Under the pieces are notes generated by a model, which worked only from the letters and a program-made list of their open reading frames with translations, was not told the origin of the DNA and searched no databases. DNA of 26,995 nt from Elusimicrobiota bacterium (GTDB lineage Bacteria; CG03; SLGR01; JBDRKX01). The position numbers and the translations under genes are program-made. This document shows, piece after piece, positions 1 to 11,242 of this stretch; the first letter of the stretch is position 1; each line of letters opens with the position of its first letter. Where the stretch lies: positions 1-26,995 of the forward strand of contig JBDRKX010000062.1 of the NCBI GenBank assembly GCA_043813605.1, written 5' to 3'.

Positions 1-1
1 C

Positions 2-2410
2 ATGTGGGTATACGATAATTTTGGATACGTTAACCATACTGCAACGACCAGTGTGATGACAGGCACACCGGCAGATAGTCTCATAGTACAGGAGCCTCTT
101 GCGTTCAAGGACGGTTCCGGAAAATTCGGGATAAGAGTGGCTGTTTACGATACTGACGGCAGTACCTGTTACCTAAAAGTGGAATACTCCACAAAAACAA
201 CGCCCTATGATTGGAATATCGCTTACGTAGAAGCCGTTGATTCTGATTACGGCATTGTCACGTCCAGTAATAATCCGCCTCCCGGCCCTCTGCAGGACTA
301 CAGGATAAGGGACATAATAACAGAATACGAATCCAATAAAGTAACAAACACAGTTACATTCAACTGGTGTTCAAAACAGGATGCGGATAATTATTTCCTG
401 ACCAACGGCGCATCTGTCAGGATCACTGTCAATGACGGGCTGGTGGACAGCAGCGCCATGACCACATCTTTATTCTCGATAGATAATTCACAGCCGAAGT
501 TCAATGACATTTCGCCTGCAAATACCGTTTATATGCATGAATCCTCATCTTTTACTATACAATTTCTGGGTGAAGCCTCCAACAATACCCAGGAAGTGCT
601 ACTGGCGACACAAACCGTTACGTCCCGGTTCCTTGTCAAAGTTAGTTCTTCTGATTACTTTGATCTGTCGGGATCGACCGCGGCCTCCCCATCCAACAAC
701 ATCCTGAAAGTTAAAATATCCGATGAGAACAGGAACCGTATTTCCCGCTGGGACAATGAGGGGAAAACGCCCTACATCACCCTGCTCTCGTCTGCCACAA
801 GAGATAACTACGGGAACTACTCACTGGCAAAATCCACCATATCCTTTTCAACTATCACATGGGTACACGATACAACGGATCCGACTGTAGTCTCATCGAC
901 TTATTCGATAGGCATTACCGGGGATATCAATCTATATCTCACTTTTAACGAATACATGGATATACTATCGCTGACAGATGACAGTATAAACGGCATATGC
1001 GTGCAGAAGAGTTCGACCAGCAGCGGTTATTTCGTAAACCTGGATTCCTCCTGTAAAGTACTCACGGACGAGGATGATTCAAAGACACTCGAAATAAGCA
1101 TACCCTACGGGATGCACGATATAATCTGGGCATGGAGCGATTCGACTATCTACCTCTCACTGAGTTCAGCTACGATAACCGATCTTTCTGGTAATTATGT
1201 AACTGCTATTCCGGCAGACGATGCCAGGTTCCTTACTACATATATCAGTTCACAGATACCTAATATCTCTTACATTTTCCCTGAAGCCGATGGTTACAAC
1301 ATACCCCGCAATGTAGGCGTAACAGTGAATTTCAATGCTTTTCTTAAACCGATCGTCACCGGAGGGATAACAATAACGGTAATAAAAGATTCTATGAACA
1401 ATACAGTTTCAAATGAAATAACCGGCACAAAAACATTCAGCAAGGAAAATAAGCTGTTTACATTTACTCCCGATGAACCGCTTCCCGGAAATTCTGTCAT
1501 CGAAGTAAAAGTCGACAGAAATTTCATAAGGAATTTTGCCGATATAATAATGGAGCAGGATCTCTCATGGACATTCAAGACTACTCTGACAAACGATATT
1601 GACAATTACCTTATGTCGAAGAGCGGGAAAACAGCCGTTTATGTCCCCAGAAACCAGCTGCCGTCCGACGGTAAAGCGGAATTTACCGAAGACATACCGC
1701 CCAATCCGCCCCAGATAACGCCTATGGATTTTGTTTCCGCGGCCAATACAACAGAGAATACGTGGAACAACATGTATCATTACCCATTCGGCGACCTGAC
1801 TGCAGAAGTCGTGTTCTTCGATGCTCAGGGAATTGCACAGGGAACCGATTTCAGCGAAACGGCAGAGATCACGGTAGATTTCTCGTCTAATATACTTGAT
1901 GAAGATCCGGAGTACCTTCAGTACGGGCTTAATCCGCCGGTGAAAAAGAATACACTGAAGATATATTACCTCAATGAGACCGCACAAAACTGGACTCCTC
2001 TCATGACAATTGTTGATAAAGATAACAACAAGGTATCCGCCGACATTCACCATTTCAGCATATATACGGTCATGGGTGCCCAGAATTATGACCTTGAAAA
2101 CGCCCACCCCTACCCGGTGCCGTATAAACCATCTGAACTCCCGGACGCATTCATGGACACACTCAGATCGGGTATTACTTTCACCCGGCTCCCGTCAGAA
2201 TGTGTCATCGAAATATATACTATTGCCGGCCGGCTTGTAAATACGCTGAATCATTCCGATGCCGCTATTCCGTCAGGCGGAATAGTGGGCAACTACTACT
2301 GGACTCCTGTACAAAACAGTTACTCGGAAAACGTAGTGAGCGGAGTCTATATATATTTCATAGAAGCGGAAAACAGGCATAAGTCGGGAAAACTTATGAT
2401 AATAAGATAA
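2..2410 (+). CDS. Large secreted/surface protein, probably 5'-truncated by the window edge. Ser/Thr-rich beta-sandwich region, SbsA/Big_5-like Ig domain, ZU5/GAIN-like 'HFS' segment, and T9SS-like C-terminal sorting domain
   Basis: 802-aa ORF open from the window edge with no signal peptide visible. Big_5-like segment PNISYIFPEADGYNIPRNVGVTVNFN...FTFTPDEPL...DLSWTFKT. Segment LKIYYLNETAQNW...VSADIHHFSIYTVMG. CTD pattern YPVPYKP...ITF..L...IEIYTIAGRLV...W...SGVYIYFI...GKLMIIR. Confidence 0.8.
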   Translation: MWVYDNFGYVNHTATTSVMTGTPADSLIVQEPLAFKDGSGKFGIRVAVYDTDGSTCYLKVEYSTKTTPYDWNIAYVEAVDSDYGIVTSSNNPPPGPLQDYRIRDIITEYESNKVTNTVTFNWCSKQDADNYFLTNGASVRITVNDGLVDSSAMTTSLFSIDNSQPKFNDISPANTVYMHESSSFTIQFLGEASNNTQEVLLATQTVTSRFLVKVSSSDYFDLSGSTAASPSNNILKVKISDENRNRISRWDNEGKTPYITLLSSATRDNYGNYSLAKSTISFSTITWVHDTTDPTVVSSTYSIGITGDINLYLTFNEYMDILSLTDDSINGICVQKSSTSSGYFVNLDSSCKVLTDEDDSKTLEISIPYGMHDIIWAWSDSTIYLSLSSATITDLSGNYVTAIPADDARFLTTYISSQIPNISYIFPEADGYNIPRNVGVTVNFNAFLKPIVTGGITITVIKDSMNNTVSNEITGTKTFSKENKLFTFTPDEPLPGNSVIEVKVDRNFIRNFADIIMEQDLSWTFKTTLTNDIDNYLMSKSGKTAVYVPRNQLPSDGKAEFTEDIPPNPPQITPMDFVSAANTTENTWNNMYHYPFGDLTAEVVFFDAQGIAQGTDFSETAEITVDFSSNILDEDPEYLQYGLNPPVKKNTLKIYYLNETAQNWTPLMTIVDKDNNKVSADIHHFSIYTVMGAQNYDLENAHPYPVPYKPSELPDAFMDTLRSGITFTRLPSECVIEIYTIAGRLVNTLNHSDAAIPSGGIVGNYYWTPVQNSYSENVVSGVYIYFIEAENRHKSGKLMIIR

Positions 2411-2413
2411 ATT

Positions 2414-3493
2414 ATGTTTTCATATACTAAAAAGATATTAATACTGTTTATACTCCTGGCATTTGCCCCAGATATCATGAGAGCTAAAGGCCCTGGAAGT
2501 TCCGCATATGAATTTCTTATCATACCTGTCGGTTCAAGGGAAGTGGGAATGGGATCGGGTACTGCCGTTGCTCACGGTCCGAATGCATTCTGGTGGAATC
2601 CGGCAGGCCTGTGTTATCTGGATTACAAATGCGCAAGCCTGATGTATAACATGTGGTTTGAAGGAATATCACAGCAGAGAGCCGGTTATTCGTTCCCCAT
2701 GAAAGGTAATTCCTACGGATCCGTTAATATCTCGATGCTCTCGGTCTCAGGCATAGAAGGATACAGCTGGCATGATGTGCCCACCGGGGAAGTAACTTCA
2801 AAGGACTACTATTTCTCTTACACCCAGGGGAAAAGACTCTCACCGGAACTGGCTGCCGGAATAACACTGAAATCCATTATTGAACAGCTTGATGAAGACC
2901 GTTCTTTTGCGTTTGCTTTTGATCTGGGTGTTATATACGAACCATCCGAAGGGATCTGGATCGCAGGCGGCGTAAGGAACCTCGGGAAAAGTGGTAAATT
3001 CGATATCGAGACCGCCCCCCTGCCGCTCACACTCTTCAGTGGTCTGGGTATCAGGATAAACAGGTTTATCCTGGTCTCGAGTGACGTACAGTATCTTAAC
3101 AGTGAATTAAAATACGGTGCAGGTACGGAAGTGAGCATATGGGATCTTGGTTTTCTCCGGGCAGGGTACAATAATGTCGCAGACATAGATGAAAGTTTCA
3201 GTATCGGAGCAGGATGGAAGTGGCTCGATATTTCTGTCGATTACGCTTATGCGCCCTATGGTAAACTCGGTAATACCAACAGGTTTGATATTACTGTCAG
3301 ATTCGGCAAACTTACTCTTGTTGAATCCATATATCGAAACGCGCGTTCTTTATATAAAAACAAGAGCTACAAACAGGCATGGATAGAGTTCAACAAGGTC
3401 GATTCGCTTTCACCCGAATACAAGCGGGTACGGATATGGCTCGAAAATACTACCAAACAGATGGAAATATCCGAACAGGATTACGGTAACTAA
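2414..3493 (+). CDS. PorV/PorQ (UPF0164)-family outer-membrane beta-barrel with a C-terminal TPR-like helical extension
   Basis: N-terminal signal peptide; family motifs FLIIPVGSREVGMG and AFWWNPAGL; last strands VDYAYAPYGKLGNTNRFDITVRF; then YRNARSLYKNKSYKQAWIEFNKV (TPR-like). Starts 3 bp after the CTD gene. Confidence 0.8.
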   Translation: MFSYTKKILILFILLAFAPDIMRAKGPGSSAYEFLIIPVGSREVGMGSGTAVAHGPNAFWWNPAGLCYLDYKCASLMYNMWFEGISQQRAGYSFPMKGNSYGSVNISMLSVSGIEGYSWHDVPTGEVTSKDYYFSYTQGKRLSPELAAGITLKSIIEQLDEDRSFAFAFDLGVIYEPSEGIWIAGGVRNLGKSGKFDIETAPLPLTLFSGLGIRINRFILVSSDVQYLNSELKYGAGTEVSIWDLGFLRAGYNNVADIDESFSIGAGWKWLDISVDYAYAPYGKLGNTNRFDITVRFGKLTLVESIYRNARSLYKNKSYKQAWIEFNKVDSLSPEYKRVRIWLENTTKQMEISEQDYGN

Positions 3494-3498
3494 GTTTT

Positions 3499-5034
3499 TT
3501 ATTCTGCCGGCGGCGGAGGCGGAGCACCGGTACCCGGCCCTTCGTCTTCCGATAGAGTCCCGGACTCCAGCCCGTCCTTTTGCTGATTTCCGATTATCTT
3601 TTCAAAGGAAACGCGCGCTTTGTTTTTTACCTGGGTATCAGAATCGTCCAGAAGCGTCTCGAGTATCCTGCTTGTAGAAGAATCCCCTATCTCCCCCAGC
3701 GCCCATGCGGCAGATATCCTCATCCATTTATCATTACTGGTTGCCATATCCTGGAGTACTGCCATGGCCTTTTCAGGATCGTAACGGTGATAGGCTACAG
3801 CGGCGTTACCGCGCGTTCTGTTGTCCCTGTCATCAAGAAAAGGCTTTAACATCTCAGTGGCCCTTGAACTGTCTTTAAATATATCCGCTATGACATCAAC
3901 ACTGTCCGCCCTCGCGCGTACGCGCGGATCCACTCCTGTCACTGCTTTTCTTCCATCCGGAGAATCTTTAAGTATCACTTTATGAGTACTGCCGCCGCGC
4001 GTTACCCTGTCAAGTATCCCCAGTATCTTTTCCCATTTCTTCTCCATCTGAGAAACCCGCTCCTGGGCCTTTCCGTACTCTATAATGGTCTTCGCCATTT
4101 CTTCTGTATCCTTGCTGTAGGAAAGTTTCATTTCTTCAAGCGCCTGCATCTCCAGGGCCACACTTTTCGAATACTCGGCAGTCTCTTTTTTGTACATTAA
4201 AAACAATCCTGCGCCTATGCCGGCAATGCCCAGGATCATCACGATCATTATTATCCAGAATGATAATCCGGTCTTCTTAGCTCGTCTTTCCAACGCGGCG
4301 ATGTTACTTAGAACATCTTCCATCCCGATAAGTATCTCGCCGACACGGGTACTGGTCATATTCCCGTACTTCACTGATTCGGTCATATCCTTTTCCAGTT
4401 TACCTATCTGCGATTTAATCAGACTCATATCCTTTTTCGATACAGCTGAAACTGCTGTATATTTTGTTGTTGCCGTGACAGCTGCCTGATTTTCTCCCGC
4501 CTGTTCCTTTTTCTTTCTGATCTCATCCTGCCGGCGGGTTTCTTCGTTTGTCTGGGCTTTTTCCCATTCAGCTTTCTTACTGGAATCCTTTTCCTGTTTT
4601 TCCTTTTCCTGCTGCAGCTTTTTTTCTTCTTTCTGCTTGTCTTTTTCTTCCCTCATTTTTTCTTTTTCGATCTGTCCCATAAATTCTTCGATTTCGTTCA
4701 CGCTGTTCTTTATGGATCCGGATTCAGGAAGATGTTTTTTTCCTATCTCGACATAGACCATATCTTCAGCAAAGTTCCCCGTCTGCTTCATGTCTTTTAC
4801 GATTTTACTCACTGCCTTTTCGAGCAGATCCCCGGCTTTTTCATGTCCAGGCTCTCTCGTCAGCACTTCGTCAAGATATTTTACTGCCTGCCTGATATCA
4901 CCTTCCAGGTAATTCTGTATCGACAAGCCCATCAGGGTGGCAACACTTTTCACCGGTTCCTCAGCATACATGCCCGTACTGACCAACAATGTGATGCATA
5001 TCGTAGATATAACAGTTAACAGGTATTTCTTCAT
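3499..5034 (-). CDS. Membrane-anchored protein: signal peptide, TPR, charged coiled coil, one TM helix, cytoplasmic coiled coil and HEAT repeats
   Basis: MKKYLLTVISTICITLLVSTGMYA signal; YLEGDIRQAVKYLDEVLTREPGH TPR; TM FWIIMIVMILGIAGIGAGLFLMY; HEAT-like LDDRDNRTRGNAA, DKWMRISAAWALGEIG, LDDSDTQVKNKA. Confidence 0.75.
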   Translation of the reverse strand: MKKYLLTVISTICITLLVSTGMYAEEPVKSVATLMGLSIQNYLEGDIRQAVKYLDEVLTREPGHEKAGDLLEKAVSKIVKDMKQTGNFAEDMVYVEIGKKHLPESGSIKNSVNEIEEFMGQIEKEKMREEKDKQKEEKKLQQEKEKQEKDSSKKAEWEKAQTNEETRRQDEIRKKKEQAGENQAAVTATTKYTAVSAVSKKDMSLIKSQIGKLEKDMTESVKYGNMTSTRVGEILIGMEDVLSNIAALERRAKKTGLSFWIIMIVMILGIAGIGAGLFLMYKKETAEYSKSVALEMQALEEMKLSYSKDTEEMAKTIIEYGKAQERVSQMEKKWEKILGILDRVTRGGSTHKVILKDSPDGRKAVTGVDPRVRARADSVDVIADIFKDSSRATEMLKPFLDDRDNRTRGNAAVAYHRYDPEKAMAVLQDMATSNDKWMRISAAWALGEIGDSSTSRILETLLDDSDTQVKNKARVSFEKIIGNQQKDGLESGTLSEDEGPGTGAPPPPPAE

Positions 5035-5044
5035 ATTAGTTATC

Positions 5045-6265
5045 TTACAAAGTCTCGGACATCACTTCAAGTACATCCTGCAGCCTTCCGAATATATCTA
5101 CCGCTTCCTTTTCATCGGGTGATATCTCCAGCGCCTTGATCAGGTGATACTTAACCTTTTTCAGATTGATACGCACTATATTCTTTCTCGCATTCGCAAG
5201 ATGGTAATATAATCTGGCCTTACTGTTCTCCGGTTCTCTCAGCTGTATAAAATCAAACCGCACTGCAGCTTCGACAAAACTCCTGTTCTTATAAAGTTCG
5301 AGCGTATCTTCTAAAAATGTATCCTGGGGTTCTTCAAAAAGCCCCATATATATACTCGGATCAGGGTTCTCCGGATCCAGGTGGCTTATAACTTCGAGCT
5401 GTTTTTTTGCATCATCATCTTTTTTCATTGCAATATTGATCTTGGCATCCTCTACGGTTTTTTCGAGTCTCTCGCTGAAATATTCAGCATCGTATTCTTT
5501 GCACTTATTTGCCATTTCAACACCCTGTTTCACTTTTGCTCTTTCAAGATAATCTACAGCCTGCATATAAAAATCTTCCGCCGCAAGGCGGTTTATCTCC
5601 GTAAGTATTATTTTAGCATCGAGACTTTCCGGATTATCAACGAGGTACGACATAACCAGCTCGACGGCGGCATCCCATTTCTTCTTTTCTTTTAGTTTCT
5701 CTATCATGCCGCGCAATTCGTCCAGGCGGACTTTCATAGCCGCAGACATTTCAGCCGCGATCCTCCTCCTGAGCCTGCGGCCGACATCGTATACTGTCTG
5801 TTCATCCGGTTCCGGGGAATTCAGCAGATCGTAGATCATCCTGTTGGCAGATTTAACCTTATCATGGATTTTAAGATACGCAGAATATTTCTCTTCGATC
5901 CGTTTAGTATAACCGGGATGTATTTCCAGCGCCTTTCTAAGTTCTCCCGCAGCCATACCATCCATCTTTTCAGAAAAAAGGCTGAACGCTTTCATAAGAT
6001 GTATACCACACATGGATTTTTCTATTACATCCTTGATATCAAGAGCAAGTTCATCCCGGGAAAATTCCTCAAGATAAGTATTGACCTTTTTTTGCGCAGT
6101 GGAGTATTTCCTCACGTGATAAAGATCCATTGCAGCTTTCAGCCTTTCAATAGCCGGTATTTCAGCGACTGTTAAACACATTATCAGGCAAAGGCAGATC
6201 AGGACCCTGTTATTTTTTGAACTTTTCAAGTAGATCTTTGAGATACTCTTTTTCACGCTCTTCAA
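5045..6265 (-). CDS. TPR-repeat protein, probably exported. Start uncertain (TTG at 6265, or ATG at 6181)
   Basis: 406-aa helical ORF with TPR-like units (LRKALEIHPG, LEVISHLDPENP, LIKALEISPDEKEA) and a hydrophobic stretch near the N-terminus; tightly packed in the operon. Confidence 0.65.
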   Translation of the reverse strand: MKSVKKSISKIYLKSSKNNRVLICLCLIMCLTVAEIPAIERLKAAMDLYHVRKYSTAQKKVNTYLEEFSRDELALDIKDVIEKSMCGIHLMKAFSLFSEKMDGMAAGELRKALEIHPGYTKRIEEKYSAYLKIHDKVKSANRMIYDLLNSPEPDEQTVYDVGRRLRRRIAAEMSAAMKVRLDELRGMIEKLKEKKKWDAAVELVMSYLVDNPESLDAKIILTEINRLAAEDFYMQAVDYLERAKVKQGVEMANKCKEYDAEYFSERLEKTVEDAKINIAMKKDDDAKKQLEVISHLDPENPDPSIYMGLFEEPQDTFLEDTLELYKNRSFVEAAVRFDFIQLREPENSKARLYYHLANARKNIVRINLKKVKYHLIKALEISPDEKEAVDIFGRLQDVLEVMSETL

Positions 6266-6973
6266 AATCCTTTCTCTGTTTCTCGAACCTGTCTTCCCAT
6301 ATTTTCTGCTGTTCGGCTATCTCTTCCTCCCTGGCTTTTATCTCCTCCTCCCATATCTTCCTCTGCTCTTCTACGACTTCATGCATCTCCTTCTTAAACT
6401 CTTCTTTTACCTGCCGCATTTTTTCACTCACTTCATATTCTTTTTCGGCAGTCAAGCTATTCCTGATCGAATTAACATCTTTTTTATTTTCAGCCAGGAT
6501 TTCTTCTACACTCAGTTTCTGCTTTTTTTCGGCCAGGTCTATTCGGCCGGAAGCATCTTTTCTCGCAAGTATAAGGTTGTTTTCCAGTTCTTCGACCTTA
6601 TCTTTGAGCGCTTTATTATCTTTTTCCAGAACGGCATTCACCTCATCCAGGTTTCTGACTTTCTCTCCTATGACTTCCTTGAGCGACTGCAGCTGCTCTT
6701 CCTTCATCATCAGATGCAGTTTGCTGTTGTTCCTGAGTATTTCATTTTCTTTCTTGAGTTCAGCTATTTCAACAAGAAGTTTCTTTTTTTCGATCGGGGC
6801 CGAATTATTTTCGTCAGTCTGTAATTCATGGTTCTCCGTTATTTCGGATTCTTTTTCAGAAGTTTCCCCGGAAACATTTCCGGATATTTTTCCGGGAGTT
6901 TTCCCGGGTATTTTTCCAGGAATTATCCCAGGTATTTTTCCAGGAAAGATTTTCTTTTTTTGTGAATCAGCCA

Positions 6974-6974
<1 letters not shown>
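6210..6974 (-). CDS. Hypothetical coiled-coil protein with N-terminal PG(K/I)x tetrapeptide repeats
   Basis: 254-aa E/K/L-rich heptad-like sequence; its start overlaps the ligA stop at 6974. Confidence 0.7.
6862..6948 (-). repeat. Degenerate 12-bp in-frame tandem repeat, about 7 units
   Basis: Encodes FPGK-IPGI-IPGK-IPGK-TPGK-ISGN-VSGE. Confidence 0.7.
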
Positions 6975-8980
<2,006 letters not shown>

Positions 8981-9391
8981 CTATTTCTTTTTCTTGAGCT
9001 CATTTGAACTCGAATCAAGGATACCGTTTACGAATTTATGCGATTTTTCGGTGGAAAAATATTTTGCCAGTTCAACAGCTTCGTTTATTGTAGCATTCCG
9101 GGGAATAGATTCATCAAAGAATATCTCGTAAAGCCCCATGCGGATTATGGCTTTATCTACACTGGCGATCCTCTCCATTTCCCAGTTCTCAGTATACTTA
9201 AGAATGGTCTTGTCGATGAATTCAATGTTTTTCAGAGTACCCGCGACAAGGTTGCGGGCAAATTCAATCATCTTTCCTGATCCATTTTCAGTGTCTATCA
9301 TATCCCATGCCTTGGCCTCGCCGACCTCAAGGACATCAACGGCATAAAGAACCCTTACTGCCAGTTTACGTGCGTCTCTTCTTGTTCCCAT
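8981..9391 (-). CDS. nusB: Transcription antitermination factor NusB
   Basis: N-terminal RRDAR; WEMERIASVDKAIIR; INEAVELAK; FVNGILD; follows ribH. Confidence 0.96.
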   Translation of the reverse strand: MGTRRDARKLAVRVLYAVDVLEVGEAKAWDMIDTENGSGKMIEFARNLVAGTLKNIEFIDKTILKYTENWEMERIASVDKAIIRMGLYEIFFDESIPRNATINEAVELAKYFSTEKSHKFVNGILDSSSNELKKKK

Positions 9392-9855
9392 TAATGTATA
9401 TTTGTATATATGTCTGACATTTCAAGAGCTGCGCGGGCGGCTTCTTCACCCTTATTACCGCTTTTGCCGCCCGATCTCTCGAGTGCCTGCTCCAGACTGT
9501 CACAAGTGAGCACTCCGAAGGATACAGGGTATTCGCTCTTAAGTCCTTCTTCGGCTACTGTCCTTGCCACCTGTGAAGAAACATACTCAAAATGCGGAGT
9601 ATCCCCCCTGATAACCGCGCCCAGACAGATTATCATATCATAGGAAGACGCCTTTATCAGCTTCTCCACACAGCCGGCTATCTCCCAGGCTCCAGGAACT
9701 TCATAAACCGTTATGTCATTCTCTTCCATCCCGCTCCTTATGAGTTCTCCGGCCGCTCCGTCAAGAAGTCCTTTCACAACCTGCTCATTTCTCCTAGCAA
9801 CTACAATTACCGCTCTTTTCCCTGAACCGTATATCTTGCCTCTCACGATCTTCAT
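9391..9855 (-). CDS. ribH: 6,7-dimethyl-8-ribityllumazine synthase
   Basis: VPGAWEI; CLGAVIRGDTPHFEYV; FGVLT; QALERSGGKSGNKG; RBS GGAGG upstream. Confidence 0.96.
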   Translation of the reverse strand: MKIVRGKIYGSGKRAVIVVARRNEQVVKGLLDGAAGELIRSGMEENDITVYEVPGAWEIAGCVEKLIKASSYDMIICLGAVIRGDTPHFEYVSSQVARTVAEEGLKSEYPVSFGVLTCDSLEQALERSGGKSGNKGEEAARAALEMSDIYTNIH

Positions 9856-9880
9856 CTCATCCTCCTTTTTTAAGCCTTCC

Positions 9881-10010
9881 TAAGCTGTAAGCTATAAGTC
9901 GTAAGCTTTAAGATACAACCACAAAAACATAATCTAAAATAAAAGTTTCCATGTATTTTTATTCTATTTTATATTTTAAGCTTATAACTTACCGCTTATA
10001 GCTGTTTCAA
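9881..10010. repeat. Small element with inverted arms of 7-bp repeats around an AT-rich core (MITE/REP-like)
   Basis: Left arm taagctg-taagcta-taagtcg-taagctt (from 9881). Right arm aagctta-taactta-ccgctta-tagctgt (9978-10005). Same family as the units at 23968-24264. Confidence 0.75.
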
Positions 10011-11242
10011 TCCAGATAATGCCCCAGTTTTTCCTTTTTTGTTCTTAGATACTTTTCGTTTTCCGGCCGGGACTGTATAGATAGAGATACCCTCTCAGTA
10101 ACTTTGAGCCCGTAACCGGAAATGCCTACTATCTTTCTCGGATTATTCGTTATCAATCTGATAGTACTCAGTCCCATATCCGCCAGTATCTGCGCCCCTA
10201 TTCCATAATCCCTCAGATCCGCCTTGAAACCGAGAGCATGATTCGCTTCAACAGTATCAAGTCCTTCATCCTGCAATGAATATGCCTTGATCTTGTTATG
10301 AAGACCTATGCCCCGGCCCTCCTGTCTCATGTAAAGTACTACTCCCTGTTTGTCAGCAGCTATCATCTTCATTGCTGCTTCCAACTGGTCACCGCAGTCA
10401 CACCTTATTGATCCCAGTACATCTCCGGTAAAACATTCCGAATGGACACGGACCAGCACGTCTTCTTTTCCTTTTACGTTTCCTTTCACTAATGCAATAT
10501 GTTTTTCTTCCTCGTTCAGCACGGACCCGTACATCATGAGTCTGAATTTGCCGTATTTTGTCGGCAATTCTGTCATGCTCTCACATCTGACAAGGTGCTC
10601 ATTCTCGTAACGGTATTTTATCAAGTCAGCTATTGTTATCAGTTTCAGTTTATGTTCCCTGATAAAGACCTTCAATTCATCCATCCTCGCCATAGAACCG
10701 TCTTCGTTCATGATCTCGCAGATGATCCCCGCGGGCATCAGTCCTGCCAGTCTAGCCAGGTCCACTGAAGCTTCCGTATGGCCCGCACGTACCAGTACGC
10801 CGCCCTCCCTGTATCTAATGGGAAAAACATGCCCTGGTGTAGAAATAGCGTTTTTCCCGGCATTAAGGTCAGCCAGTACGCTTATGGTCTTAGCTCTGTC
10901 TTTCGCTGATATACCGGTTGACACCCCTTCCCGTGCATCGCATGAAACTGTGAAATGCGCCTCTTCGGAATAACTGCTGCGATCCATTGAACTCAAACCC
11001 AGTTCATCAAGACGGCTGCCCTCAAGGCTCACACAAATAAGACCCCTGCCGTATCTTGCCATAGTATTGATCGCTCCTGGTGTTACTTTTTGCGCAGCCA
11101 TTACCAGGTCACCTTCGTTCTCCCTGGACTCATCATCTACTACCACAATAAGTCTGCCGGCTTTTATATCTTCGATCGCTTCTTTGATCGTACTGATATG
11201 GCTGTTGTCTGTAATATTCCCGATTTTATTTTTATTCTCCAT
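10007..11242 (-). CDS. ribBA: Bifunctional DHBP synthase / GTP cyclohydrolase II
   Basis: [62 protein letters not shown]. Confidence 0.98.
   Translation of the reverse strand: MENKNKIGNITDNSHISTIKEAIEDIKAGRLIVVVDDESRENEGDLVMAAQKVTPGAINTMARYGRGLICVSLEGSRLDELGLSSMDRSSYSEEAHFTVSCDAREGVSTGISAKDRAKTISVLADLNAGKNAISTPGHVFPIRYREGGVLVRAGHTEASVDLARLAGLMPAGIICEIMNEDGSMARMDELKVFIREHKLKLITIADLIKYRYENEHLVRCESMTELPTKYGKFRLMMYGSVLNEEEKHIALVKGNVKGKEDVLVRVHSECFTGDVLGSIRCDCGDQLEAAMKMIAADKQGVVLYMRQEGRGIGLHNKIKAYSLQDEGLDTVEANHALGFKADLRDYGIGAQILADMGLSTIRLITNNPRKIVGISGYGLKVTERVSLSIQSRPENEKYLRTKKEKLGHYLD

Noticed and set aside
1565..2107. 180-aa minus-strand ORF
   Set aside because: Lies inside the well-supported plus-strand CTD gene and has no motifs.
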